This document shows positions 47,975 through 57,923 of a stretch of DNA of 64,000 bases, one piece after another. The position numbers were made by a program, and so were the translations under genes. The first letter of the stretch is position 1. Each line of letters begins with the position of its first letter. The DNA comes from Elusimicrobia bacterium RIFOXYA2_FULL_47_53 (lineage in GTDB: Bacteria; Elusimicrobiota; Endomicrobiia; Endomicrobiales; XYA2-FULL-47-53), in the NCBI GenBank assembly GCA_001800315.1, contig MGVE01000001.1, positions 121,749 through 185,748 of the forward strand. Direction: 5' to 3'. Below the pieces are notes generated by a model. That model ran no database searches, was not told where the DNA came from, and saw nothing but the letters and a program-made list of their open reading frames with translations.

Positions 47975-48691
47975 TTAGAGGTTCTCCCAAAGCAAAACGC
48001 CCGTAAAACCCGGGATCATCAGATACATCAGGTAGTGCGACGGCAGGGCTAAACTGCTTGAATGAAAGAAAATGTTCACAATCAGGAAATAAACCCAGGA
48101 ACCGGCAAGGCCGCTCGCCAGAGCGAAGGCCGCGGTTTTAACCTGTTCCTTCGCGTTAAAACCTGAACGGTAAACAATAACCGCGTATTTCGCGGCTATA
48201 ACCAGCAACACGAGCAGTAAAGTCAGTTTGGAGAAAGATTTGACAGAATTGATTATCCCGGTCAGGGCGAAAACTATCTGAGGGATATTTTCGTCGTAAC
48301 GAATCTCTTCAACGCCGCTGATTTTGCTGAGGTTGTTTTTAAGGTTCTCAACTAACCCCGGATTAACCGAGTCGGGATAAACGATAAAATACGGCGTGAA
48401 CGGGTTATCTGAACCGATTAATATCTCTTTGGCCCTGGGAGAGTCTTTTATAGCCCGTTCAAAAACCGCGTCTGCCGGTATCAGCTCGGATTTTTTTACC
48501 CCGTCGCTGTTTACAATATGCTCGGCGACAACCTCCGGCGCCGCAGTCTTATCTATGAACACGGCCATCTGAAACTTTGGCGCGACAATATCCCTGTAGG
48601 TTTTGGCCTGATGATAATAACTCAAGACAAGACCGGCCGGCAGGCATGTCAGTATTCCGGACAGCACAACAAACAGATATTTAATTTTCAT
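47975..48691 (-). CDS. ftsX: FtsX-like permease (shortened)
   Basis: TM1, extracellular domain (VFI, NPF, GVEEIRY), three TMs; directly upstream of envC. Confidence 0.7.
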   Translation of the reverse strand: MKIKYLFVVLSGILTCLPAGLVLSYYHQAKTYRDIVAPKFQMAVFIDKTAAPEVVAEHIVNSDGVKKSELIPADAVFERAIKDSPRAKEILIGSDNPFTPYFIVYPDSVNPGLVENLKNNLSKISGVEEIRYDENIPQIVFALTGIINSVKSFSKLTLLLVLLVIAAKYAVIVYRSGFNAKEQVKTAAFALASGLAGSWVYFLIVNIFFHSSSLALPSHYLMYLMIPGFTGVLLWENL

Positions 48692-48711
48692 GTATTCCCC
48701 TTCAACTTTCT

Positions 48712-49782
48712 CTATTTAAGTTTCGCGGCCGGATTAATCTCGTTTCCGAAAATCTCCGCCGTCATCTTTGAACGCAGCTGCAATGAGGGCAGAATATTAG
48801 AAACATTCTTAATGAACTCATCGCGCCATTCCCAGACATCGGCGATAACCGCCAGAAGCGAATACGGATTAGTTTCCGCGGAAATAGCTATGTTCTTCTG
48901 CCCCAGCTCCCTGAGGTAGCGTTCCAGCTTGGAGTCGTCGGAGATGCCGACCAATGGTATCCTGTAAAGCGACGCGAGTATCAGCCCGTGCAGCCTCTGG
49001 CTTACGACCATGTCAATTTCGCTGAAGATGTTATAGAGATCATTGGGTTTGTTCCATTGCACCAGCCTGGCCGTGGAGCGCATGGAATTCATCACGGAGA
49101 GAGTGAATCCCAGGTCCTTTTCTATATGAAACGGGATGAATATTATTTTCGCGGATATTCTCTGGCTCAAAGAGTCGCAGAGTTTTGAAAACATGCCCGC
49201 CGAGGCAGCCACTTCGGTTCTGGGAGGGCGGAGCACAAAAGCGATCTTTGGCTGGGGGCGTTTTGCATTTACATAAGGCACTTCCCTGTGAAGCACAGGA
49301 TCGGCAGTGACATCCATTTTCGCCTGAGAAACACCCCATCTGACCAGCATGTCAAACGAGTAGTTTTCCCTGACGGTGATCCTGTCGCATAATTTCAGCG
49401 TAAACGCCGTAAAAAACCTGTTTATCAGCTTAAGTTCATTTATGCCGACGGCGTATATGAACACCTTTTTTCGCAGCAGCTTAGCGGTTAATATCGTAAG
49501 CAGGTAGTAATACAGGCTCGGGCTGCCGGTCATGTCCTGAAACAACCCGCCACCGCCTGAGATTAATATATCCGAACGGTAGATAGCCCAGAAAGATTTA
49601 AACGGGTTCCATCTGTTAATTGAACGCACTTTATAAAATGACGAAGTCTTCTCCGGCTGAACGGAAAGCACCGTAATGTTAAGGCCCGGCTCTTTTGACC
49701 TGATTTGCGTTATTATGGCGTCAAGAATCAGCTCGTCGCCGGCGTTGCCAAAACCGTAATATCCCGAAATAACAACTTTCAT
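48712..49782 (-). CDS. csaB: Polysaccharide pyruvyl transferase CsaB
   Basis: ISGYYGFGNAGDE, SGGGGLFQD.T..SL.YY, VRE..S, ADP, RLHG.I. Confidence 0.9.
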   Translation of the reverse strand: MKVVISGYYGFGNAGDELILDAIITQIRSKEPGLNITVLSVQPEKTSSFYKVRSINRWNPFKSFWAIYRSDILISGGGGLFQDMTGSPSLYYYLLTILTAKLLRKKVFIYAVGINELKLINRFFTAFTLKLCDRITVRENYSFDMLVRWGVSQAKMDVTADPVLHREVPYVNAKRPQPKIAFVLRPPRTEVAASAGMFSKLCDSLSQRISAKIIFIPFHIEKDLGFTLSVMNSMRSTARLVQWNKPNDLYNIFSEIDMVVSQRLHGLILASLYRIPLVGISDDSKLERYLRELGQKNIAISAETNPYSLLAVIADVWEWRDEFIKNVSNILPSLQLRSKMTAEIFGNEINPAAKLK

Positions 49783-51500
49783 AGTTTAAACCCTAAATTA
49801 AAATGCCTGTGTAGATATTTAATCAGCAGGACAAATATATACCCGATAAGCAAACCCATCCAAATCCCGTTAACGGTTCTTATCAGGGAAATCGTTACCG
49901 GGGTGTGCGCGTGCATAAAAGTATTGAGTATGGATACCTGTCCTATCATGCCAAACCAGATCAGAACCGGTTTTTTGAATACAAAGCCCGCCAGCAGCAT
50001 AGGATGGCCGAAAAGAAATTCTTTTGTGCGCGGCCTGACAAAAAGCAGTTGTTCCAGCAATTCCCTGAGTTTCTGCTCGGGCGCGAAAAGAAAATTGGAA
50101 TTGTTGCCGGTGCGTATAAGTATAACGGCCGCTGCCGCTATCAGCGCGCCGGCTATAACCAGGTGTTTGACCCTCAGGTTTTTATTCCAGGTTTTTTTCA
50201 AAACATCAAACGGGAATACGATAAATAGAGCCAGTACCATCGGCAGCAATAAGGAAAGTTTAACTCCGGGCATGTCGGATATTTTCTGCATAAAGAAAAC
50301 ATCTCCAAGCACGGCGGCGACGACAAGCCCGCCTAAAAGAGAAACGGAATTCGCGGTAACAAAAGCATGTATAGGATTGTTTATTTTTCTGGCGTTCAGC
50401 ACAGCGACAAGCGGGAATATAATAGTCGCCGTCAAAGCCAGATAAATCCGGAAAGTTCTGTTGCCCTTGTTGGGAAAGCCGGGCGGCTCGCTTAAAGCGA
50501 GAGTAAAACCATTTTTCTTTAAAACCCTGGAGAGTTCCCGTAAGTACTCCAGATTCTGTTCAATTCCCTTGTTGGCAAAGAAATGAAAATAGGCAAACCT
50601 GATATTTCTTTCGGAAACGGCTCTCACCCACCTGTTTATCCATTGGGAGTTGTTTGGATCCCTGGACAGCTCAACGACGCTGATAGAGTGGGCTCGTACG
50701 GTTTTGTCAGGGAGAAGCCCGAAAAATGCCCCCCCACCGTAGAGTGACTGGAATTCCATGTTGATAAGTTTTACATTCGCGTCCTTGAATTTTGCCGCGG
50801 CTTTGCCGCCCGCGCCGGGGTAGCCGGGGGTTTCTTTCTCAAATATCAGGCCGGAAAGATCGTCTGTATTAAGAGCTAAAAGCCACGACGGGTCGCCGTA
50901 ATTCTGCGCTTTTAATACCAGTTTAAACCCACGGTCTTTAATGTATGAAGCCCTGGCGGCTGAGGGGCCCATAAAGGTGTCATTTCTGAATACCGGGGAA
51001 CCGAATAAAGGCTGATGTGTGGAGTAAACCACGAAATACTTCCCGGCCGCGAACGCCTGCGCGGGCAGGCCGTACCTTATTTGCAGTTGAGCCATCAGCT
51101 GGTCTCTCTGCTCGCGGTTTGCCGTGAGAAAACAATTCTCTTTTAATTTTGAGGATTCGGGTACCAGGTCAAGCAGGCGAAGCTGCTGAAAATCATTTCT
51201 TGAAACAAAAAGAGCCTCGCCCGAGGTTGTAAGCGAGCCGATATTTTCCTCGCTTAAAGACAGGCTTGAGACGCCAATGGCGCGGCACCTTTCCAGGAAA
51301 CTTTCAAGGGGATAGCCGTTTCTGGCGCAGATATCCGCCGCCTCTTCAAAATCAAGGCAGAGCTCAACGGTTTTGTTGCCGTTTTCGGACTGCGCCCGCT
51401 TAAATACTGCAAACGCAACCAGGGCAAGCAGGGCAAACGCGAGAACAAGCGCTGTTTTCTGTCCGAAGCTTAGCCTGCCAATCAGATTTGATATCTTCAT
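49779..51500 (-). CDS. DUF5693-like membrane protein (csaB partner)
   Basis: N-terminal TM, VRAHSI, RAVSERNIR, GVKL, RTGN, RPRTKEFLFGHP, SILNTF.H.HTP...S..R; coupled to csaB. Confidence 0.8.
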   Translation of the reverse strand: MKISNLIGRLSFGQKTALVLAFALLALVAFAVFKRAQSENGNKTVELCLDFEEAADICARNGYPLESFLERCRAIGVSSLSLSEENIGSLTTSGEALFVSRNDFQQLRLLDLVPESSKLKENCFLTANREQRDQLMAQLQIRYGLPAQAFAAGKYFVVYSTHQPLFGSPVFRNDTFMGPSAARASYIKDRGFKLVLKAQNYGDPSWLLALNTDDLSGLIFEKETPGYPGAGGKAAAKFKDANVKLINMEFQSLYGGGAFFGLLPDKTVRAHSISVVELSRDPNNSQWINRWVRAVSERNIRFAYFHFFANKGIEQNLEYLRELSRVLKKNGFTLALSEPPGFPNKGNRTFRIYLALTATIIFPLVAVLNARKINNPIHAFVTANSVSLLGGLVVAAVLGDVFFMQKISDMPGVKLSLLLPMVLALFIVFPFDVLKKTWNKNLRVKHLVIAGALIAAAAVILIRTGNNSNFLFAPEQKLRELLEQLLFVRPRTKEFLFGHPMLLAGFVFKKPVLIWFGMIGQVSILNTFMHAHTPVTISLIRTVNGIWMGLLIGYIFVLLIKYLHRHFNLGFKL

Positions 51501-52957
51501 TTTTCGTTTTTTTGTTTTACGGCGTGCGTATAGAGCTTAACATACTGTCCGACCGTTTTTGACCAGGAAAAATCGCTTTTCATGGCGTTTGAGACAAGTT
51601 TGTTCCACTGTTTTCTGTTCTTAAAAAATCCGTAGGCCTTAAGGACGGCTTTGACAAAAGCTTCGGTTGTCAAAGGCCTGAATGAAATTCCGTTTCCCTC
51701 GCCTGTTTTCGCGTTGTAATCGGCTATCGTATCGGCAAGGCCGCCCGTCTTGTGAACAATCGGGATTGTGCCGTAAGCAAGAGCAATCATTTGGCCCAGG
51801 CCGCAGGGTTCAAACCTTGACGGCATCAGAAAGGAGTCCGAACCCGCGTATATCTTATGAGCCAGAGGATTGTTAAATCCCGGATTAAAACTCGCTCTGC
51901 CGGGAAACTTAGCCATGGACAGCGCGAGCTGTTCCTGAAGTTTTCTGTCTCCGCTGCCCAGCACCACAACCTGAATATTGTTCTTAAGCAGTTCGGCTAT
52001 GGAATCGGCCAGCAGGTCGCAGCCTTTTTGAGGGTCTACGCGGGAAACCATTCCGAGCACAAAAGCGTTCCTGTCCGCCTGCAGGCCGGCGGTTTTCTGG
52101 AGTTCCAGCCTGCACAGCTGTTTCCCGTCCATGCTGGAAGAGTCGTAAACCGCCTTTATGTGCTGATCCTCAGCCGGGTTCCATTCCTGATAATCCAGGC
52201 CGTTCAATATGCCGAAAAGATCTCCTGACCTGTATCTTAAAGTCGGTTCCATGCCGCGGCCCTCTTCGGTAAGAAGGATTTCCTTGGCGTAAGTAGGGCT
52301 TACGGTTGATATGGCCTCAGAATAAACTATTCCTGATTTTAAAAGGTTTACCTTGCCGAAATACTCAAGCTTGTCCCAGGTAAATTCCGTCTGCGGAATG
52401 CCGGCTATCTTTAGAATATCCTGAGTGAACAAACCCTGATAGGCGATATTGTGTATAGTGAATACGGAGGCCGTTTTAAGAAAAAACGCGTCAAAAGAAT
52501 AAGCGGTTTTCAAAAGAGCCGGGACTATGCCCGTCTGCCAGTCGTGGCAGTGGATGACATCAGGCTGAAAATTTATCAGTTTGGCGGCTTCAAGCACGGC
52601 CTTGGAGAAAAACACAAACCGCTCTTTGTTGTCGTTATAGTCTCCGTCGGGAGTTCCGTAAATTCCGGGCCGCGCGAAATATTTGTCGCTGTCCACGAAA
52701 TATACCGGAACACCGTTATCCATAGTGCTTTCAAATATCCGCGCCGGTTCATTTCTTCCGCCGAGCAGTATTTTGAATTCACGGCCCAGCGGCCTTAAGG
52801 AATAGCCGGCCGCGTCTATTTTTGAATACTTGGGCAGAATAACCCTCACATCGTGTTTGGCTTTTCTTAGATGTTTAGGCAAAGTGCCTATCACATCCGC
52901 CAGGCCGCCGACTTTTACGAATGGAGCGCATTCCGATGCCGCTATCAGTATTTTCAT
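51497..52957 (-). CDS. glgA: Glycogen synthase
   Basis: KVGGLADV, HCHDWQT, TIHNIAYQG, MPSRFEPCGL, TGGLADT. Confidence 0.97.
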   Translation of the reverse strand: MKILIAASECAPFVKVGGLADVIGTLPKHLRKAKHDVRVILPKYSKIDAAGYSLRPLGREFKILLGGRNEPARIFESTMDNGVPVYFVDSDKYFARPGIYGTPDGDYNDNKERFVFFSKAVLEAAKLINFQPDVIHCHDWQTGIVPALLKTAYSFDAFFLKTASVFTIHNIAYQGLFTQDILKIAGIPQTEFTWDKLEYFGKVNLLKSGIVYSEAISTVSPTYAKEILLTEEGRGMEPTLRYRSGDLFGILNGLDYQEWNPAEDQHIKAVYDSSSMDGKQLCRLELQKTAGLQADRNAFVLGMVSRVDPQKGCDLLADSIAELLKNNIQVVVLGSGDRKLQEQLALSMAKFPGRASFNPGFNNPLAHKIYAGSDSFLMPSRFEPCGLGQMIALAYGTIPIVHKTGGLADTIADYNAKTGEGNGISFRPLTTEAFVKAVLKAYGFFKNRKQWNKLVSNAMKSDFSWSKTVGQYVKLYTHAVKQKNEK

Positions 52958-52975
52958 GGCTTTAACCTGACTCCG

Positions 52976-53968
52976 TTAAATTTCCCGCAAAAACTTCGCC
53001 GCTTCTTCCGGCGGAGTCGGGTTGATATAAAAACCGCTTCCCCACTCAAAACCAGCTACATTGGACAGTTTGGGTATTATCTCAATGTGCCAGTGGTAAT
53101 ACGGCAGGCGTGATTCTTTAAGCGGCGCCGTATGAATGACATAGTTGTACGAGGGGTTATCAAGGACTCGGTTAATCCTGCCTAACACATCCTTAAGAAC
53201 CACCGCAAGGTTGACGGCCTCGTGCTTCTGAATATCCTCAAAGTCGGAGTCATGTAATTTAGGAAGTATCCAGGTCTCAAATGGGAACCTGGAAGCGAAA
53301 GGGCAGAGAGCAACGAAATCCTCGTTCTCGGACACTATTCTCTGGCCAAACTGCGTCTCCTGCTTAATGATGTCGCAGAACACGCAGCGCTCTTTGTACT
53401 CAAAATAATCTTTAGAACCGTTGACCTCTTCCCGCACCCTTTTAGGCACTATGGGCGTGGCTATGAGCTGAGAATGAGGATGAGCAAGCGTCGCTCCCGC
53501 GGAATGGCCGTGGTTTTTGAATATCATGGCGTACTCAAGCCTGATATCTCTCTTTAAATCCATAATCCGGTCGCGGTAGGCCCAGATAATATCTTCAACA
53601 TGCTTGTCGGGCAGGTCCGGTATCTGCTTTGTGTGATGAGGGGATTCTACTATCACCTCGTGAGCGCCGAGGCCGTTCATCTTGTCGTACATCCCCTCGC
53701 CCTGGCGGTTGAGCGTTCCCTCAACCTTGAGCGCCGGGAATTTATTGGGTATTACCCTGAGCCACCATCCGTCGGAATCTTTAGGCTTGGCGGTTTCGCG
53801 GTACGCGAGAATCTCGCGGGGAGTCATGTTCTCGTTGCCCATGCAGAACGGACAGCTCTGATCCGACGTTTTCTCAAATTCCTTTTTGTTTTCCAGAAGC
53901 CTCTTGGCTCGTTCAGTGGATATGATCACCCACCTGCCTATGATGGGATCTCTCCTTAATTCGGACAT
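52976..53968 (-). CDS. galT: GalT-family hexose-1-phosphate nucleotidyltransferase
   Basis: CPFC.GNE, NKFPAL, G.HEVI.E, AGA.L.HPHSQ, YHWH.E. Confidence 0.9.
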   Translation of the reverse strand: MSELRRDPIIGRWVIISTERAKRLLENKKEFEKTSDQSCPFCMGNENMTPREILAYRETAKPKDSDGWWLRVIPNKFPALKVEGTLNRQGEGMYDKMNGLGAHEVIVESPHHTKQIPDLPDKHVEDIIWAYRDRIMDLKRDIRLEYAMIFKNHGHSAGATLAHPHSQLIATPIVPKRVREEVNGSKDYFEYKERCVFCDIIKQETQFGQRIVSENEDFVALCPFASRFPFETWILPKLHDSDFEDIQKHEAVNLAVVLKDVLGRINRVLDNPSYNYVIHTAPLKESRLPYYHWHIEIIPKLSNVAGFEWGSGFYINPTPPEEAAKFLREI

Positions 53969-53984
53969 TTTTCCTCCGGACTGC

Positions 53985-54905
53985 TCAGTTAATTATTTGC
54001 CTGTCAGTTAAATATTTTACCGCGTTTTTCAGTTCGCCGGCCGTTGACTTGGCGTGCGCTTCAATAACAAGCAGGGTTTCCTTGCCTATGTAAGCCTTCA
54101 GCCGCGAAAAGTCAAAATCCCCGCTGCCGGGAGCGAAATGGTCTTCAAGGCCGTTAATGTCATGCAGGTGCATGCCGAAAATATGTTTTGACAGCGGTTT
54201 TAAAAAATCATCCTGAGAAGCCGCGAGCCCGAGCCTTACAAAAACCTCGGCGTGGCCGTTGTCATGCCAATAGGCAAGAGGGGCGCCCTTGAACTTGTCT
54301 ATGAGCATCAGGGTTTCCTCAACGGAGGGTATCTCGTGAGGGTAAAGCCGGTTTTCAAGGCAAAGAGTCACATTTCTTTTTGACGCGGCGTTGAGGCACT
54401 GGTCCATAGACCTCATCAGGTTGTCTAAATATTTTGGGGCGAGTTTATTTCTTGCGCTTAAAACCGTGGACTTATATTTTTCAAAAAGCATGCCTTTTAT
54501 TCCGAACTTCACGGCGTAATTATAAAGCTCCACCCCGGAAAGCTCCATGGGCACGGTTCCGGCGTGAATAACGACCGCCCTGGCGTTGACCCTGGCGGCG
54601 AAATCAATGGTTTTAAGGGTGTTTTGCACAGCGAGGGCGAATTCGCCCGGATCGTCGGAAGAAAGAAAATATCCGGAATATATTGACCTGTTTTCCGGAA
54701 GGTTTTCCAGTTTGGGGCAGTAGTTGTGCAGGCTTGAAACAGAAATCTCGCCGGAAGCCACGGACTTGACAATATCGCCAAACCAGGCCTCGGGCACCTG
54801 GACATTGAGCTCAACGCTGTTGATGCCGAAACCAAGCACCTCGTCTCGGAGCGAGTTCCAGGACTCATGCCTGCGTATGTTGTAAGCGGTTGAAAGGGAT
54901 AACAT
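53985..54905 (-). CDS. Sugar phosphate isomerase/epimerase (xylose-isomerase-like TIM barrel)
   Basis: SLHN, VVIHAG, LENR, HD.GHA, HLHD...DH.APG.G..DF, E metal-ligand pattern. Confidence 0.85.
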   Translation of the reverse strand: MLSLSTAYNIRRHESWNSLRDEVLGFGINSVELNVQVPEAWFGDIVKSVASGEISVSSLHNYCPKLENLPENRSIYSGYFLSSDDPGEFALAVQNTLKTIDFAARVNARAVVIHAGTVPMELSGVELYNYAVKFGIKGMLFEKYKSTVLSARNKLAPKYLDNLMRSMDQCLNAASKRNVTLCLENRLYPHEIPSVEETLMLIDKFKGAPLAYWHDNGHAEVFVRLGLAASQDDFLKPLSKHIFGMHLHDINGLEDHFAPGSGDFDFSRLKAYIGKETLLVIEAHAKSTAGELKNAVKYLTDRQIIN

Positions 54906-55486
54906 TATTGCTGGCCCTGGTTCTCTAATTCCTCCGGCACCGCTTCGGGCAGTGTTTCCTCCGGCGGAGTTACTTCCTCAATGGCAGGCAGCTCGCTTAA
55001 ATGGCCCAGCCCGAAATGCCTGAGAAACTCGGTGGTCGTGCCGTAAAGAAGCGGACGGCCTATGGTTTCTTTTCTTCCCACTATGTGTACCAGTTTGCGT
55101 TCCAGGATGGTTTCAAGAACCGAAGTTATCTCAACGCCGCGGATCTCCTCAATTTCGGACCTTGTAATCGGCTGTTTGTAGGCGATTATGGAAAGGGTTT
55201 CCAAGGCCGAGGTTGAAAGGCGCAGCATGGTCCTTTCTTTATACAGGCGCTTGATAAACGGCGAAAACTCTTTTTTAGACGAAAACTGCCAGCCCTCGGC
55301 CACAAACCTCAGCTCAATGGGGCTGTTTCTCTGCTTATAATCCTCGGCTATCTCTTTGATCAGCTGTTCAATATCATGCCCTTCGCTGACATCGCCCAGA
55401 ATGGATTTAATGTTTTTAATGCTGAGCGCCCGGTCCGACATAAACAGCAGAGATTCAACAATTTGCTTTACCTGATTAGATTCCAT
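54905..55486 (-). CDS. scpB: SMC-Scp complex subunit ScpB
   Basis: ESLLF, ALETL.IIAYKQPITR.EIE.IRGV, GRP.LYGTT..FL..FGL. Confidence 0.96.
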   Translation of the reverse strand: MESNQVKQIVESLLFMSDRALSIKNIKSILGDVSEGHDIEQLIKEIAEDYKQRNSPIELRFVAEGWQFSSKKEFSPFIKRLYKERTMLRLSTSALETLSIIAYKQPITRSEIEEIRGVEITSVLETILERKLVHIVGRKETIGRPLLYGTTTEFLRHFGLGHLSELPAIEEVTPPEETLPEAVPEELENQGQQ

Positions 55487-55517
55487 AAGTATCCCGTATT
55501 TTTATTTCACCGCACTC

Positions 55518-56252
55518 TCAGGCCTCGGGCGCCGTTTCCTGCGCCTGAACCTGATCAAAGGGTGCTATTTTATATATTCTGATCTCGTCAAATATATCCG
55601 ATTGCTTCGCGACGATTTGCTTTAGCCTTATCAACTCAAGGATAGCAAGGAAACTGACTATCAGCGCCATGCGGGAAGGCTGTTTTTTTAATATTTCGCC
55701 GAAGGAAATATACTCGCAGCCCTCCATGAGGTCAAGGACCTCGCGAATCTTTTCTTCTATAGGTATTTCTTTAAAAACTATCTCCTTGACATCTTTGGGG
55801 AGTTCCTGGATAACATTCTTGAATTTGTCAAGAAGATCAAAAAGCGAGACATCAAGGACAAAATCGTCTTTTTCAAACGACGGGGAAGGCCGGTAGTAGA
55901 GGTTGGCGAACTCTTCCTCCCTGCCGGAAAGAGTCTGTGCGACTTCTTTATATTTCTGGTATTCCAGGAGCCTGGCTTTGAGTTCCTCCAGCGGATCCGG
56001 GCCTTCTTCGCCCTCAACCTCCGGCGCCGGCAAAAGCATCCTTGCCTTTATCTGCATAAGCGTGGAGGCCATCACAAGAAATTCGCCGGCGACATCAAGG
56101 TTCATCTCTTTCATAAGCGCAAGGCACTCAAGGTACTCGGCCGTGATGCCGGATATGGGTATCTCGGCTATCTCAAGGTCATTCTTTTTAATGAGAAAAA
56201 GAAGCAGGTCCAGAGGCCCTTCAAAATTTTCCAAATGCACATCGTATGCCAT
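55518..56252 (-). CDS. scpA: Segregation/condensation protein A
   Basis: FEGPLDLLL, EFLVMASTL..IKA..LLP, FLAILEL. Confidence 0.96.
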   Translation of the reverse strand: MAYDVHLENFEGPLDLLLFLIKKNDLEIAEIPISGITAEYLECLALMKEMNLDVAGEFLVMASTLMQIKARMLLPAPEVEGEEGPDPLEELKARLLEYQKYKEVAQTLSGREEEFANLYYRPSPSFEKDDFVLDVSLFDLLDKFKNVIQELPKDVKEIVFKEIPIEEKIREVLDLMEGCEYISFGEILKKQPSRMALIVSFLAILELIRLKQIVAKQSDIFDEIRIYKIAPFDQVQAQETAPEA

Positions 56253-56261
56253 ATTTGCCTT

Positions 56262-57242
56262 TTATCTGTGGAGAACGGTTTTTCTTACTTCAGACATCGT
56301 CTGCTGAGCGAAAGCCTTTGCTTTTTTATTGCCGGCGCTTAGTATGTCGTCAACCAGGTTCTTGTCTTTGAGAATGGAGTTTCTCTTTTCCCTTAACGGT
56401 TCCATGGCTTTGTCCATGAGGCTGACCAGCTGGGCCTTGCAGGCGACACAGCCTATCTGAGAGTTTTTGCATTCCACTTCCCTCTGCTTGCCTTCGGGGT
56501 TGAATATTGAGTGAAAAGCAAAAACCACGCAGCCTTCGGGGTGCCCGGGGTCGTTGGCCCTTATTTTCTGAGGGTCGGTGAACATCTTCTGAACTTTCTG
56601 TTTAATAACAGCCGCGTCCTCGGCTATGCTTATGGAGTTGCCGTAGGATTTAGACATCTTCCTTGCGTCTATGCCCGGGACTCTCGCCGATTTTGTCAGC
56701 CTGGCCTGAGGCTCCGGAAATATATCGCCGTAGAAATTGTTAAATCTTCTTACTATCTCCCTTGTTAACTCAAGGTGAGGCAGCTGATCCTCTCCTACCG
56801 GCACGGCGTGAGCTTTATAGATCATTATATCCGCGGCCTGAAGGACCGGATATCCGAGAAAGCCGAGGTTATGAAGGTCTTTGTCCTTAATTTCCGAAAG
56901 CTGTTCTTTATAGGTCGGGCAGCGGAACAACCATCCAAGTGGCGTAACCATGCCAAGCAAAAGGTTTAACTCGGCGTGTTCAATCACCTCGGATTGAGTG
57001 AAAATTGTACACTTGTCCGGGTCAATGCCGGCCGTCAGCCAGTCAATGACCATCTCCCTGATATTGGACGGTATCGCGGCTGTGTTGGCGTAATCCGTGG
57101 TAAGCGCGTGCCAGTCGGCCACCATGTAGTAGCATTCGTATTCATCCTGCAGAGAGGCCCAGTTATTCAGGGCCCCGTAAAGATGCCCGAGATGAAGCCT
57201 TCCTGTCGGGCGCATTCCAGATAAAATCCGTTTTTTATTCAT
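56262..57242 (-). CDS. trpS: Tryptophan--tRNA ligase
   Basis: SGMRPTG.LHLGH, YPVLQAADI, VPVGEDQ, KMSKS; ATG 57242 preferred. Confidence 0.97.
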   Translation of the reverse strand: MNKKRILSGMRPTGRLHLGHLYGALNNWASLQDEYECYYMVADWHALTTDYANTAAIPSNIREMVIDWLTAGIDPDKCTIFTQSEVIEHAELNLLLGMVTPLGWLFRCPTYKEQLSEIKDKDLHNLGFLGYPVLQAADIMIYKAHAVPVGEDQLPHLELTREIVRRFNNFYGDIFPEPQARLTKSARVPGIDARKMSKSYGNSISIAEDAAVIKQKVQKMFTDPQKIRANDPGHPEGCVVFAFHSIFNPEGKQREVECKNSQIGCVACKAQLVSLMDKAMEPLREKRNSILKDKNLVDDILSAGNKKAKAFAQQTMSEVRKTVLHR

Positions 57243-57243
57243 A

Positions 57244-57879
57244 TCAGATGTAAGCTGTCCCTCCAAGATGGAAAATAATAAAATTTGCTATCGGCCCTAA
57301 TATCCCCCACAAAATACCGGAAGAAAGCAGGATTATAATAATAAAAAAACCGTATTGTTCCAGCATAGCGTACCTGTACGCCAGTCCGGAAGGCAGAAAA
57401 CCAGCCAGAACGCGGCTTCCGTCAAGAGGCGGCAGAGGAAAGAGGTTAAAGACCGGCAGTATTACATTAATCACAAGTACCATTCTCATAAGTTCATGGA
57501 TTGATATGGCCATTGAGGCGCCCATGATATCATAACTGCGGACAATCCACATGATAAAGGCCGCGCCTGCGGCCAAAGCGATGTTTGAGGCCGGCCCGGC
57601 GAGCGAAACCCAGATGATATCGCGCGAGGGATTATTTAACCTGTAGGTATTAACGGGCACCGGTTTAGCCCAGCCGAAAACAGGGGCTCCGGTTATAAGC
57701 GAAAGGCCGGGAAGTATTATGGTTCCGAAAAGGTCTATATGAGGGATGGGGTTTAGCGTAAGCCTGCCCATAACCCTGGCGGTGTCGTCTCCGAATTTAT
57801 CAGCCGTCCAGCCATGAGCGACTTCATGAATTATAACGGAAAAAAGCAGCACGGGCAGTTGAACCAGTATATTAATCAC
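57244..57879 (-). CDS. Site-2 protease (M50) family
   Basis: HEVAH, AGP.SN, NLFPLPPLDG. Confidence 0.93.
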   Translation of the reverse strand: MINILVQLPVLLFSVIIHEVAHGWTADKFGDDTARVMGRLTLNPIPHIDLFGTIILPGLSLITGAPVFGWAKPVPVNTYRLNNPSRDIIWVSLAGPASNIALAAGAAFIMWIVRSYDIMGASMAISIHELMRMVLVINVILPVFNLFPLPPLDGSRVLAGFLPSGLAYRYAMLEQYGFFIIIILLSSGILWGILGPIANFIIFHLGGTAYI

Positions 57880-57923
57880 AGGGTATCGTCCTATTTGTAT
57901 TTTAGATTGAAATTTGACTAATT

